This document shows positions 1-11,173 of a stretch of 49,475 nt of DNA, in pieces. Where the stretch lies: assembly GCA_964512145.1 (NCBI GenBank), contig CAZEIM010000005.1, positions 27,942 through 77,416 of the forward strand, written 5' to 3'. Position 1 is the stretch's first letter, and every line of letters begins with the position of its first letter. Position numbers and translations under genes: made by a program. Below the pieces are notes generated by a model. The model was not told where the DNA came from and did no database searches. It saw nothing but the letters and a program-made list of their open reading frames with translations. This DNA is from an uncultured Flavobacteriales bacterium (GTDB lineage Bacteria > Bacteroidota > Bacteroidia > Flavobacteriales_G > JALEGO01).

Positions 1-26
1 ATAATTCTTTTTCATAAATTTAAATA

Positions 27-914
27 TTAAGCAACTATATCATTTCTAATAGAGGTGATTTTTAATGTAATCTCGTCTATTAATTCTTTAGTTATTTTTA
101 CCTCAGTTTTATTATTTAATATTGTTAGTTTTTTATCTTTTTGAGTCTCAGGTTTAGCGTAAATATATTCAATCTCAACTTTATCAAAAGAATCGTTTAA
201 ATCTCTTAACTTACCTAATAAATCCTCAAAATCTTCACCATTTGCATACATTTCTAATAATTTAATCAAATTAATTAAAGAGTATTTTTGCTCACCAATT
301 CTATTTTTTAATTCTTCATTTGAATTTGTTTTATATGCAGTAGTAGCAAAATACAATGACTCTATCCATCCACCCGCTAAAATTAATGAACCTAAATCAT
401 TATTTTGGTTGTTTTGTAAATAAACATCAATTAATTTGTAGGCATCGGATACAATAGACAACAGTGAATCTTTATTTCCTAAGTTTTTTTCAAACTTTTT
501 TTGAAATTCAGGCGTAAATGCTGTAGTAATTCCTAAATCATCTGAAATTTTTTTACATGCATTTAAATACGTAATAGCATCCTGTGTTTGCTCATACAGA
601 TTAACGTACCCTAAATCCGCTCCATAAATACCTAAATTTAAGCTTTTAGAAACTTTTGTAGAATATTTTGAAGAAAAAGAAGGATTATTTAAAATATTTT
701 TATTGTAAGATACTCCAGAGCTCTGAATTAGATAAGCAGTTTGAATGGGGGAAGGAATACTAAAAAGTCTGTTGCCCAAACTAACTATTCTAGAATCGGT
801 TGTATCTACGTTTTCTATATTATCTGTTACTTCAATATCTTTAGGCTGTTTATTTTCACAAGAAACAACAAAAAAAGATAAAACTGCGAATAAAAATAAT
901 CTAGTATAATTCAT
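27..914 (-). CDS. Hypothetical lipoprotein, Bacteroidota-type
   Basis: 295-aa ORF; hydrophobic N-terminus with lipobox VVSC; no catalytic motif recognised. Confidence 0.75.
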   Translation of the reverse strand: MNYTRLFLFAVLSFFVVSCENKQPKDIEVTDNIENVDTTDSRIVSLGNRLFSIPSPIQTAYLIQSSGVSYNKNILNNPSFSSKYSTKVSKSLNLGIYGADLGYVNLYEQTQDAITYLNACKKISDDLGITTAFTPEFQKKFEKNLGNKDSLLSIVSDAYKLIDVYLQNNQNNDLGSLILAGGWIESLYFATTAYKTNSNEELKNRIGEQKYSLINLIKLLEMYANGEDFEDLLGKLRDLNDSFDKVEIEYIYAKPETQKDKKLTILNNKTEVKITKELIDEITLKITSIRNDIVA

Positions 915-932
915 CTTATATATTTTACTTTA

Positions 933-940
933 CAAATATA
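933..940 (-). promoter_or_regulatory. Bacteroidota -7 promoter element (TAnnTTTG)
   Basis: TATATTTG on the minus strand 18 bp upstream of the lipoprotein ATG. Confidence 0.5.
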
Positions 941-1077
941 TAACTTAGTTGTAATAATCAAATATTTTTATAAAATAGTATCCCTAAACATATTTTTAGG
1001 AGAATATATTATTAAGGTATTGTTTTAATTATAAACATATTAGATGTCAGTACAATAAAACAACATACTATCAAAAA

Positions 1078-2328
1078 TTACTTTTTCCATTGGTTTATTG
1101 TATTTCCTTTTAAACCGTAAAATAAAATGAATAGGTAACAAAAAAGGGGAATAATTAGCGAAAATTCAGATGAAATTTGCTGGGTTAAATAAGCAAAAAA
1201 AGGAGGTATAACAGCACCTCCAACAATGGCCATAATTAAAATAGCTGAGGCTGTTTTAGTATGTTTACCTAAATCTCTGATAGATAATGGCCAGATTGCG
1301 GGCCACATTAAGGCATTTCCAAAACCTAATGATAAAAAAAACACTAATGAATAATACCCATTAGTGAACATGGCAAAAAACACACAAATTATATTAAAAA
1401 TACTAGATATTATTAATGCCCTTTGTTGGGTAATGAATTTAGGTATAACTATTGCACCTATAACATATGCAATTACCATAGCCATCAATGAATAAGAAGG
1501 AAAATATTGTGCTTGTAATAACGTATAACCTTGTAATTGACCATACGTTACTGCCATATCAATACTAATTACCTCTGCTCCAACGTACAAAAAAATACTT
1601 ATTACACCTAATACTAAATAAGGATAATGCCAAATTTTTTTTTGGGTACCATCTACGTTATAACTTTGCTCTTTATCCTCTACATTTGGTAAAGGAGAAA
1701 ATTGGATCATTAATCCTAATAAAAAAAGTGTTATACCAATAATTATGTAGGGTAAAACTACTCTATTTGAAAGTTCATTTAAAATAAATTCTTTTTCTTG
1801 TAATGAACTAGAATTCAGTGAATCTTGAATTGAATCAATGTTTAACAAAAAAAAGCTTCCTAATAAAATAGGCGCTGACATGCCTGCTATTTTATTAAAT
1901 ATACCCATAATACTTATTCTTTTAGCAGCACTATCAATTGACCCTGCTAGTGTAACGTATGGATTAGATGCAGTCTGCAGTAAAGATAACCCAACACCAA
2001 TAGTAAATAATGCGATTAAAAAAAGAATATATTCACGGGAAATTGCTGCTGGAATAAATAAAAAAGCCCCTAAAGACATAATCCACAAGCCAAACATCAT
2101 GCCTTTTTTTAGTCCAGTCTTTTTTAAAACCCACGAAGAAGGAAGGGCTGTAACAAAGTATGAAATATAAAAAGCAAAAGTGACCAACGAAGATTGAAAA
2201 TCATTTAATTGACAAGAAATTTTAAGATAAGGTATTAATGAACTATTTAACCAGGTAATAAATCCGAAAATAAAGAAAAGGGAAGATAATATCACAATGG
2301 TTAAAAGGTTTTTAGATGCTTTCTTCAT
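1078..2328 (-). CDS. Glucose/galactose (FucP/GluP-family) MFS sugar transporter
   Basis: About 12 hydrophobic segments; FFIFGFITWLN, LQTASNPYV, FLYVGAEV and MAIVGGA motifs; divergent from pfkA. Confidence 0.9.
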   Translation of the reverse strand: MKKASKNLLTIVILSSLFFIFGFITWLNSSLIPYLKISCQLNDFQSSLVTFAFYISYFVTALPSSWVLKKTGLKKGMMFGLWIMSLGAFLFIPAAISREYILFLIALFTIGVGLSLLQTASNPYVTLAGSIDSAAKRISIMGIFNKIAGMSAPILLGSFFLLNIDSIQDSLNSSSLQEKEFILNELSNRVVLPYIIIGITLFLLGLMIQFSPLPNVEDKEQSYNVDGTQKKIWHYPYLVLGVISIFLYVGAEVISIDMAVTYGQLQGYTLLQAQYFPSYSLMAMVIAYVIGAIVIPKFITQQRALIISSIFNIICVFFAMFTNGYYSLVFFLSLGFGNALMWPAIWPLSIRDLGKHTKTASAILIMAIVGGAVIPPFFAYLTQQISSEFSLIIPLFCYLFILFYGLKGNTINQWKK

Positions 2329-2343
2329 AATTTATTAAAAAAA

Positions 2344-2380
2344 CAAAAGTATTTCATTCCAAGAAAGTTTGATACATTTG
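2344..2380. promoter_or_regulatory. Divergent Bacteroidota promoters (TAnnTTTG on both strands)
   Basis: TACTTTTG on the minus strand at 2344-2351 (transporter) and TACATTTG on the plus strand at 2373-2380 (pfkA). Confidence 0.55.
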
Positions 2381-2396
2381 AGTATAAATTTATAGT

Positions 2397-3371
2397 ATGA
2401 TTAAAAACATAGGTATTTTTACTTCTGGGGGTGATTCTCCTGGAATGAATGCTTGTATTCGAGCTATTGTAAGAACCTGTATTTACCACAATCTTATGCC
2501 ATTTGGCATTTTTAGAGGATATGAAGGTATGATTGATGGAGAAATAGAAGAAATGAACTCAAAATCGGTAGCTCAAATTATACAAAAAGGAGGTACAATT
2601 TTAAAATCATCTAGAAGTGAACGTTTTATGCATTATGAAGGAAGAAAAAAGGCCTATGAAAATTTAAAAAAGCATAATATTGATGCGCTAATTGCTATAG
2701 GAGGGGATGGGACATTTAAAGGCGCTGAAATATTTTCAAATGAATTTAATATACCCATTATTGGATTGCCAGGAACCATTGATAATGATTTAGTTGGAAC
2801 TGATTATACCATTGGCTATGATACAGCACTAAACACAGTAATTGAAGCTGTAGATAAATTAAGAGATACGGCCGACTCTCATAACAGATTATTCATTGTA
2901 GAAGTAATGGGTAAAGATGCTGGATTCATAGCACTAAGAAGTGGTATAGCCAGTGGAGCTGAAGCAGCACTTATTCCTGAGACTAAAACATATATCCCTA
3001 AAATAATAGATAAGTTAGAACATGGCAGAAGAAGTAATAAAACCAGTGGGATAATTATTGTTGCAGAGGGAGATGATAGTGGCGGTGCTATGGAGGTAGC
3101 CAAAAAAATAAAAGAAAAATTTTCGTATTATGATATTCGGGTTTCCATTTTAGGTCATATACAAAGAGGTGGTAATCCAAGTGCTTATGACAGAATTTTA
3201 TCCAGCAGATTGGGGTTTGGAGCCGTAAAAGGAATTTTAGAGGGACATAAAAGCGAAATGTTAGGCATTGTGAATGGTCAATATCATTACACGCCATTTT
3301 CTAAAGCCGTAAAACATCATAATAAAGTGAATCAACACTTACTAGATTTAATAGAGGTATTATCTATTTAA
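2397..3371 (+). CDS. pfkA: ATP-dependent 6-phosphofructokinase
   Basis: TSGGDSPGMNA, GGDGT, PGTIDND, VEVMG and LGHIQRGG motifs. Confidence 0.97.
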   Translation: MIKNIGIFTSGGDSPGMNACIRAIVRTCIYHNLMPFGIFRGYEGMIDGEIEEMNSKSVAQIIQKGGTILKSSRSERFMHYEGRKKAYENLKKHNIDALIAIGGDGTFKGAEIFSNEFNIPIIGLPGTIDNDLVGTDYTIGYDTALNTVIEAVDKLRDTADSHNRLFIVEVMGKDAGFIALRSGIASGAEAALIPETKTYIPKIIDKLEHGRRSNKTSGIIIVAEGDDSGGAMEVAKKIKEKFSYYDIRVSILGHIQRGGNPSAYDRILSSRLGFGAVKGILEGHKSEMLGIVNGQYHYTPFSKAVKHHNKVNQHLLDLIEVLSI

Positions 3372-3373
3372 AT

Positions 3374-5113
3374 TTATTTTTCAACCGTAACCTGACCCGA
3401 TTTTTGCTCTATTTTAGAGCCACAAATTGTTGTATATTGTAAGTCCCAATTATAAACTCCTGGTTTTACTTGTTTGCCATTTAAATCAGTCCCTTTCCAT
3501 TGTACTTTAGGATCTTTAGTCTCAAAAACCAATTTCCCAGAATTTGTTGATACTTTTAAGTAAAAATCCTTTACATCGTTAATGGTATAAGCAAAATAAT
3601 TATTATACGAAGCACTTAATGAAAATTTATTAAGGGTGCTAAAAAATGTAGGTCTTGCATTAAATTTAACATATATTTTTTTCGTTTCTTTGCACCCATC
3701 ACCAGTTAGCGTAACAGAGTAATAATTTGACTCCTTTACTACAATTGTGTTCGTTTTTTCTTTGGTTGACCATTCATACGTTACATTTACACCACCTGGT
3801 TTTAAGACTAAACTACCAACACAATTTAACGTAGTATCTTTTAATAAAACAGAACAATCCGATTTTTTAGAAACATCTATGCTTGCTGGCTTATGATTTT
3901 GTGTTTCTGCATTATTTTGTGTTTGACTAGAAATATTTGAGTCAAATTTTCCAATACTAGGCTTAGACGGCAATCCATAAACACTATATGTATTTCCTAA
4001 ACTTAAAGCAGATTCTTTGTATAAACAAGAGGCTCCGCTTAAATTGGGCTTTTCTATTATATCTAAAAAATTGTATGTTTTAGCAATATAAATTTTATTA
4101 TCGGGCCCTAATTGAATAGCACCATAAAAAATACTTTGGTCTGTTTTTTTAAAAATTTGTATAGGTTTATCTGAACCAGATGATAAGTCAATTTGAGCAA
4201 CAGACATGGGGCCTTCTAAATAGGAAACGTATAATTTTGAGTTGTCGGGAGAAAACTCAATACCATATGCTTTTCCAACTGAAGTATAATTTTTTAACCA
4301 TGTAATTTTTCCTGTTTCAGAATCGAAGTTAAATAGTTCAATCGGTGAATTTTCTCTATAACAAGTTGTTACGGCTAGTTTAGTTCCATCGTGCGATGGT
4401 TTTAAATAACCAATGGCCTCACTCCCATCATTTCTGCTTTCATTTTTATAATAAATTCCAGCGTTCGATTCAACTTTATTTGTAATTCCATTTTCAGTGA
4501 GTAGGTAAGCAATAAAAGTATTTGAGTTCCAAGTATGACCAATAATCCAAATATCTTTACCATTTTTATGAAAAACACTCGTGATTTTTTCACTTACCGG
4601 ACCCGTTAATTTAGAGTTTAATATCGATAACTCGTATTGTATATTTTTTGTCAACAAATCAGGCGTGTAATAGGCATCATTCTTCATTTTTTGAACATTA
4701 TTTGAAGTTTCATTTCCTATTTTTAGCACACTGTAGTTTAAGCCTTTTAAACCAGCTTTTTCATCCACTGTAAAAATATAGTATTCATTTAGAGTGTTTG
4801 GTTTTAAACAAACAACAATTTGCGCAGATGATTTATTGCCATGTAACTCTTTTTCTTCATTTATTACTTCGTGTTTATTGTTCCAAATTTTAACCCCATT
4901 GGTATAAAATAAAATCTGACCAGTTTTATCAGAAACTGAAACACAAGACTCGTCAGTAAACATTTGATTATCAGATAATCTAGTAGTTTTTTGTGAACCA
5001 AATTTTATTCCAGCACCATTACCAAAATACCATGTGTTGAAGTAATTTTGAGTATGACTATCGTTAATGAATACTAAATAAAATATAAAGGCTAATAATA
5101 ATCTAAAAAACAT
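3374..5113 (-). CDS. Secreted beta-propeller protein with a degenerate T9SS type B-like C-terminal domain
   Basis: Signal peptide; WYFG.AG, LFYTNG, YGIEFSPD and QLGPDNKIY propeller motifs; C-terminal GKLVFET...WKG...PGVY. Confidence 0.7.
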   Translation of the reverse strand: MFFRLLLAFIFYLVFINDSHTQNYFNTWYFGNGAGIKFGSQKTTRLSDNQMFTDESCVSVSDKTGQILFYTNGVKIWNNKHEVINEEKELHGNKSSAQIVVCLKPNTLNEYYIFTVDEKAGLKGLNYSVLKIGNETSNNVQKMKNDAYYTPDLLTKNIQYELSILNSKLTGPVSEKITSVFHKNGKDIWIIGHTWNSNTFIAYLLTENGITNKVESNAGIYYKNESRNDGSEAIGYLKPSHDGTKLAVTTCYRENSPIELFNFDSETGKITWLKNYTSVGKAYGIEFSPDNSKLYVSYLEGPMSVAQIDLSSGSDKPIQIFKKTDQSIFYGAIQLGPDNKIYIAKTYNFLDIIEKPNLSGASCLYKESALSLGNTYSVYGLPSKPSIGKFDSNISSQTQNNAETQNHKPASIDVSKKSDCSVLLKDTTLNCVGSLVLKPGGVNVTYEWSTKEKTNTIVVKESNYYSVTLTGDGCKETKKIYVKFNARPTFFSTLNKFSLSASYNNYFAYTINDVKDFYLKVSTNSGKLVFETKDPKVQWKGTDLNGKQVKPGVYNWDLQYTTICGSKIEQKSGQVTVEK

Positions 5114-5114
5114 A

Positions 5115-7694
5115 TTATTTCAATACCGCTTTTACAACAGCTCTTCTGTTTTTAGATCTTCCTTCTGGATTATCAGATCCATCAGGCTTAGTATTAGGTT
5201 GTGCAGGTCTATCTTCACCATAAAACTCTAATTTAACACTATTTTTAGCTATCTTTTGACTTGTCAAATAAGCTAAAACCGAATTAGCTCTTCGCTTAGA
5301 AAGATTTAAGTTATATTCAGATTTACCCAAAGCATCGGTATGACCTTCAATCACTAAATTGACTTTGTCTTTATTTTTTATGTAAAAATCGGTCAACACA
5401 TTAAGATTTTTATGATATTCAGGATTAACGGCAATACTATTAAAATCAAACAAAACAGTTACTACATCCGGTAATATTAAAGCATTCTTGTCTTTTAAAG
5501 AAGTTATTGACTCAGAACTATTATCTAATTTTTCATCCGTTTTTAATGGTTGATCAGAATCCTTTTTTACATCGGATGAAGCAAGAGTTTGTTCATCTTC
5601 TTTAGGTTTTTCTTTAAAATCTGTATTTTTAAATTTATCATAAGAAACCACTAATAAGGTATCATTGTCAATAATTAAAGGCTGTTTATTAATAGAATCG
5701 GAAGGTGAACCTGAATATGTTACTGCCTCAGTATAGGCTTCATTAGTAACTACTCTTTGGTACTGATCCGTAACTTCATCGGTGATATCCTTAACGGTAT
5801 TAATTTTTTGTTCTAATGCTAAACGAGCATTTTCATCATTTTGAGAAGAATCCGTCAATTCAACAATATCTTTAACTAAATCTTTTAAATAATCCGGATT
5901 AGCTTGTTTTAATTTAGGATCTAATTTTTCAGTTACTCGTAAATCTTCAAATGAATTAACTACTGTAATATTTTCAGAAACTAAATCTCCCGAACCTGTT
6001 TTCTTTAATAAAATTTCTTGATAAAACTCATGAAAATGTTCTTGATCCGGAATGTTTAATTCAATTTGATAATTATCGTAACCTTCAGCTGAAATAATCA
6101 TATTATAGCTTTTACCTGGGGGTAAAATCATTAAATATTTTCCGGTTTTAATATTTGGATTATACACATATTTTTGTTTTTCATTATCTTCTTTTCCAAA
6201 TACATCTATAGAAGCTAAAATTTCTTGATTGTTTTCTGTTCTAACAACTCCTTTTATTAAAACCAAAGGACGAACGTCTTCATCTAATGTAACTCTATAT
6301 ATATCATCCATTCCATCTACATTATTTCTGGATGATGTAAAAAAGCCTTTTTTACCATCGGCAGTTAATACAAAATGTAAATCATCAAAAACGGTATTAA
6401 TTGGATATCCCATGTTAACAGGTGCACTCCATTTTCCATCTTCATATACTGACTTAAAAATATCAAAACCTCCAATTGAATTACCTGAGTTTGAAGCAAA
6501 ATAAAGAGTTTTACCATCAGGATGAATAAAAGGAGACTCCTCATCATAAGGGGAGTTTATTTCGGAAATATTTTGAGGCGTTCCCCACTCTCCATTTTCT
6601 AATTTTTCACATTTATATATATCTAATCCGCCTTTTCCTTCTTTGCGATCACTGGTAAAATATACCACTTTTTCATCCAAAGAAACACTAGCACTGGTTT
6701 CCCAGTACTTTTTTGAGTTAATTGTAGCCCCATTATCAATTAACATAGGGGTTCCCCACACATCCGCTTCTAAAAAGGAGTAAAATAAACTCCCTGAATT
6801 TTTTCCTCCTTTATAAAAAATCAATTTTCTACCATCGGCAGATAAGCTAACACTTGCCTCATGATTGGAAGTATTAACGTTTGTTCCAATATTTTTAGGA
6901 TTTTCCCAATACCCATATTTATCTCGTGATGAAATGTAAATATCTTCAAAATATTTACCGTCAATATCTTTTAATCCACCTGTGTTTTCAGGTCTTCTGG
7001 ATGTAAATATTAACACAGATTCATCAGCAGATATCACCGGTTTATATTCAGGATATGAGGTATTAATAGGATTTTGAATATTTAAAATCTCATAATTTTG
7101 TTTTGCTTCGTAGGCTTTTTTGGCATTGGAAGACATTTCAATTTCTCGGTTGATTAAGTTCTTTAAAAAATCATCCTCTAAACTAAGAGACTCTAAACTT
7201 GTTGTAAAAGACTGAATAGCCTCATCAAACCTTTCATTTAAATGCAATGCTCTAGCTAAATAAAAATAATACTCATCCCGAACATCAGAAGTTGATAATA
7301 ATTCTTCATTCGACTTAATAAGTGTTAAAGCTAAAGGAGCATTTTTTCGCAACTCTATTAAACAACTTCCCTTTTTAAAATCATAATAGGCTTTCCCTTC
7401 AGGCATTAATTCGGCCAACTTATCATAGCACTCATATGCTAATTCAAAATTTTGTTCATAAAATGCTTTTTCAGCTTTTTCGATAAGCTTCTTTGTTTCA
7501 CCTGCAAAAGTTACATTGTTTAAAGAAAACAAAGCTATATGGAGCCAAAAAAACAGGATAATATTTTTTACCATCGTAATTATAAATCTTTTGCCAAAAA
7601 TATATTTTTTGTTCATAAAAAAATACATTTTGGATAAATTGTTTAAAAAACATTCACTCTTATTTATTTTCTGAAACATATTTTTATTTAACAT
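5115..7694 (-). CDS. TPR + PD40 + OmpA-family protein (PorE-like); true start probably near 7574 (MVKNII)
   Basis: TPR-like N-terminus; PD40 repeats (PVISADE, SLSADG, SPFIHPDG); OmpA domain IEGHTD...YNLNLS.RRA...NRR. Confidence 0.88.
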   Translation of the reverse strand: MLNKNMFQKINKSECFLNNLSKMYFFMNKKYIFGKRFIITMVKNIILFFWLHIALFSLNNVTFAGETKKLIEKAEKAFYEQNFELAYECYDKLAELMPEGKAYYDFKKGSCLIELRKNAPLALTLIKSNEELLSTSDVRDEYYFYLARALHLNERFDEAIQSFTTSLESLSLEDDFLKNLINREIEMSSNAKKAYEAKQNYEILNIQNPINTSYPEYKPVISADESVLIFTSRRPENTGGLKDIDGKYFEDIYISSRDKYGYWENPKNIGTNVNTSNHEASVSLSADGRKLIFYKGGKNSGSLFYSFLEADVWGTPMLIDNGATINSKKYWETSASVSLDEKVVYFTSDRKEGKGGLDIYKCEKLENGEWGTPQNISEINSPYDEESPFIHPDGKTLYFASNSGNSIGGFDIFKSVYEDGKWSAPVNMGYPINTVFDDLHFVLTADGKKGFFTSSRNNVDGMDDIYRVTLDEDVRPLVLIKGVVRTENNQEILASIDVFGKEDNEKQKYVYNPNIKTGKYLMILPPGKSYNMIISAEGYDNYQIELNIPDQEHFHEFYQEILLKKTGSGDLVSENITVVNSFEDLRVTEKLDPKLKQANPDYLKDLVKDIVELTDSSQNDENARLALEQKINTVKDITDEVTDQYQRVVTNEAYTEAVTYSGSPSDSINKQPLIIDNDTLLVVSYDKFKNTDFKEKPKEDEQTLASSDVKKDSDQPLKTDEKLDNSSESITSLKDKNALILPDVVTVLFDFNSIAVNPEYHKNLNVLTDFYIKNKDKVNLVIEGHTDALGKSEYNLNLSKRRANSVLAYLTSQKIAKNSVKLEFYGEDRPAQPNTKPDGSDNPEGRSKNRRAVVKAVLK

Positions 7695-7719
7695 TGAAAA
7701 AAATTATCAACCCATACGC

Positions 7720-10700
7720 ATGATAAAAAAAGTATTAGTAGCCAACAGAGGGGAAATTGCCATTCGGATATTTAGAGCTTGTGTAGAATTAGGTATAAAG
7801 ACAGTTGCTGTTTATACTTTTGAAGACCGATATTCACAGCACAGATATAAAGCAGACGAAGCCTATCAGTTAGGTAATGAAAACGACCCTTTAAAACCAT
7901 ATTTGAATATTGATGAAATTATTAATGTTGCTTTAGAGAACAATGTAGATGCTATTCATCCAGGCTATGGATTTTTATCTGAAAATGCTCTGTTTGCAAA
8001 AAAATGTGCAGAAAAAGGCATTACTTTCATTGGACCTAAACCAGAGGTAATGGAAGCTTTAGGTGATAAAATTAAAGCAAAAAAAGTTGCCATATCACAA
8101 AACATACCTATTATTCAAAGCAACCAACAAAATTTAACGGATATTTCCACTGCCATTAAAGAAGCTGAAAACATTGGCTATCCGGTTATTATTAAGGCTT
8201 CTGCCGGTGGAGGTGGTAGAGGTATGCGTATAATCCGAAACCAAACTGAATTAGAAATTGCTTTCCCTGAAGCTAAAAGAGAAGCCAAAAATGCTTTTGG
8301 AGACGATACTCTTTTTATAGAAAAATTTGTTGAAAATCCTAGGCACATCGAAGTTCAAATTGTTGCCGACAATTATGGAAATGTAGTTCATTTATTTGAA
8401 AGAGATTGTTCGGTTCAAAGGAGATTTCAAAAAGTAGTAGAAATTGCTCCCGCATTTAATCTAAAACAAGAAACTAAAAACAAATTATACGAGTACGCCA
8501 TAAAAATTGCACAAGCGGTTCGATATAATAATGTTGGTACGGTAGAGTTTTTGGTAGATCAGCATGAAAATATTTACTTTATTGAGGTTAACCCTCGTAT
8601 TCAGGTTGAACATACCGTAACAGAAATGGTAACAGGCATTGATTTAATTAAATCTCAAATTTTTATTGCTTCTGGGCAAAAATTATCCGACCACGTAAGT
8701 ATTGCCAATCAAGAATCGGTTAAAACCTATGGTTACGCCATACAGTGCCGAATAACAACAGAAGATCCGGAGCAGGATTTTAAGCCTGACTTTGGCGTGA
8801 TAACCACTTATAGAAGTGCCTCAGGATTTGGTATAAGGTTAGATGAAGGAAGTTTGTATCAAGGCGTTAAAATTAGTCCGTTTTTTGACTCATTATTAGT
8901 TAAAATATCTGCTCATTCTAGGTCTTTTGATGGAGCTATTAGAAGAATGACACGTGCACTTAGAGAAACCAGAATAAGGGGTGTAAAAACCAACATATCC
9001 TTTTTAGATAATGTAATCAACCACCCTCAATTTAAAGAAGGAAAAGTAACCGTAAACTTCATTCAAAATACACCGGAACTTTTTAAAATTGATCAGCGAT
9101 TAGACCGTGCAACTAAAATTGTACAGTATTTAGGAAATGTTGTAGTAAATGGAAATCCGGATGTAAAAACGCTAGAAAAAAGAATCTCCTTTCCTAAACC
9201 AGTTGTGCCTAAATTTAATCATTATGAAAATTATCCTAAAGGGACAAAAGACTTACTGAATGAATTGGGACCTGAAAAGTTTTGCCAATGGCTGAAAGCT
9301 GAACAAAAAATTCATTTCACGGATACAACTTTTAGAGACGCGCATCAATCTTTACTGGCAACTAGAATGCGTACCTACGATATGTTGAAAGTAGCTGAAA
9401 GTTTTGCTAAAAATCACCCAAACGTATTTAGCATGGAAGTATGGGGAGGTGCTACTTTTGATGTTTGTTTGCGTTTTTTATATGAAAATCCATGGAACAG
9501 ATTAATTGAATTAAGAAAAGCAATCCCAAATATATTGTTGCAAATGCTTATTCGAGGATCAAATGCTGTGGGATATACCTCCTATCCAGATAATGTGGTA
9601 GATGCATTTATTCAAAAATCTTGGGAAAATGGAGTGGATGTTTTTAGAATATTTGACTCATTAAATTGGTTAAAAGCCATGGAACAAAGTATTTTATCGG
9701 TGCGAAATAAAACAGGGGGTATTGCAGAAGTGGCTATGTGCTACACCGGAGATATCCTAAACCCCAAGCGTACTAAATATACATTAAAATATTACTTGCA
9801 ATTAGCCAAAGATATTGAAAATGCTGGAGCTCATATGTTGGCCATAAAAGATATGTCGGGCTTATTGAAACCTATTGCGGCAAAAGAGCTAATTACTGCT
9901 TTAAAACAAACTATTTCTATTCCTATACATTTACATACACACGACACGTCTTCTTTGCAATCGGCCACCTATTTAATGGCTATTGAATCGGGTGTTGATG
10001 TATTAGATGTTGCCCTTGGTGGATTATCGGGCTTAACATCTCAACCAAACTTTAATGCCATGGTTGAAATGTTAAGGTTTCATCCAAGAGAAAACGAAAC
10101 CAACATAGAAACATTAAATCAATTTTCAAACTATTGGGAAGATGTAAGAGAGTATTATTATCCTTTTGAATCTGGAATGAAAGCAAGTTCTGCAGAGGTG
10201 TTCCAGCATGAAATACCGGGTGGACAATATTCTAATTTAAAACCACAAGCCATCGCTTTAGGATTAGGAGATAAATTTGAAGAGATTAAAACCATGTACG
10301 CTCAAGTAAACGAACTTTTTGGTGATATCATTAAGGTTACCCCTAGCTCAAAAGTAGTTGGAGATATGGCTCAATTTATGGTTAGTAATAACTTAACCGT
10401 TGAGGATATTTTTACCAAAGGCGAAACTATTTCTTTTCCCGAATCGGTTCAATCCTTTTTTAGAGGTGAATTAGGCCAACCTCCGGGAGGTTTTCCGGAA
10501 AACCTTCAAAAAATTATTTTAAAAGATAAAACTCCCATTAGTGGTCGACCTAACGATTCTTTAAAACCCATTGATTTAGAAAATGAATTTAATGTATTTG
10601 TAAAAAACTTTCAAAAAGGCTTTGACCGAAAATTAGTATTCACCGATTTTTTATCTTACTTAATGTACCCTAAAGTTTGGAAGGAGTCTTACGAAAAACA

Positions 10701-11166
10701 CAAAGAATATGGTGATATATCTAAAATTCCTACTAAAAACTTTTTTTACGGTATGGAGCTTATGGAAGAAACCATCATTGAAATTGCTCATGGAAAATCT
10801 ATTATAGTAAAACTTTTGTCAATAGGCCCTGCAGACAAAGAAGGAAAAAGAACCGTGTTTTTTAAAGTAAACGGGCAAACTCGAAATGTGGAAATTTTAG
10901 ATCATTCATTACATGTAGAGAAAAAAGAAAACAAAAAAGCAGATACCGCAAATACAAATCATTTAGCAGCCCCTCTACAAGGGAAATTATCTAAAATTTT
11001 TATTCAAAAAGGTCAAAAAGTTCAAAAAAATGAACCTTTATTTGTTATAGAAGCCATGAAAATGGAAACCACTATAACGGCCTCCAAAGAAAGTAAAATA
11101 TTGGATATAGTTTTACAAGAAGGCTCCATGGTTAACTCAGAAGATTTGGTGTTGGTGTTAGAGTAA
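7720..11166 (+). CDS. pyc: Pyruvate carboxylase
   Basis: VANRGEIA, HPGYGFLSEN, RDAHQSLLATR, HEIPGGQYSNL and biotin-attachment EAMKM motifs; 1148 aa. Confidence 0.98.
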   Translation: MIKKVLVANRGEIAIRIFRACVELGIKTVAVYTFEDRYSQHRYKADEAYQLGNENDPLKPYLNIDEIINVALENNVDAIHPGYGFLSENALFAKKCAEKGITFIGPKPEVMEALGDKIKAKKVAISQNIPIIQSNQQNLTDISTAIKEAENIGYPVIIKASAGGGGRGMRIIRNQTELEIAFPEAKREAKNAFGDDTLFIEKFVENPRHIEVQIVADNYGNVVHLFERDCSVQRRFQKVVEIAPAFNLKQETKNKLYEYAIKIAQAVRYNNVGTVEFLVDQHENIYFIEVNPRIQVEHTVTEMVTGIDLIKSQIFIASGQKLSDHVSIANQESVKTYGYAIQCRITTEDPEQDFKPDFGVITTYRSASGFGIRLDEGSLYQGVKISPFFDSLLVKISAHSRSFDGAIRRMTRALRETRIRGVKTNISFLDNVINHPQFKEGKVTVNFIQNTPELFKIDQRLDRATKIVQYLGNVVVNGNPDVKTLEKRISFPKPVVPKFNHYENYPKGTKDLLNELGPEKFCQWLKAEQKIHFTDTTFRDAHQSLLATRMRTYDMLKVAESFAKNHPNVFSMEVWGGATFDVCLRFLYENPWNRLIELRKAIPNILLQMLIRGSNAVGYTSYPDNVVDAFIQKSWENGVDVFRIFDSLNWLKAMEQSILSVRNKTGGIAEVAMCYTGDILNPKRTKYTLKYYLQLAKDIENAGAHMLAIKDMSGLLKPIAAKELITALKQTISIPIHLHTHDTSSLQSATYLMAIESGVDVLDVALGGLSGLTSQPNFNAMVEMLRFHPRENETNIETLNQFSNYWEDVREYYYPFESGMKASSAEVFQHEIPGGQYSNLKPQAIALGLGDKFEEIKTMYAQVNELFGDIIKVTPSSKVVGDMAQFMVSNNLTVEDIFTKGETISFPESVQSFFRGELGQPPGGFPENLQKIILKDKTPISGRPNDSLKPIDLENEFNVFVKNFQKGFDRKLVFTDFLSYLMYPKVWKESYEKHKEYGDISKIPTKNFFYGMELMEETIIEIAHGKSIIVKLLSIGPADKEGKRTVFFKVNGQTRNVEILDHSLHVEKKENKKADTANTNHLAAPLQGKLSKIFIQKGQKVQKNEPLFVIEAMKMETTITASKESKILDIVLQEGSMVNSEDLVLVLE

Positions 11167-11173
11167 AATGAGC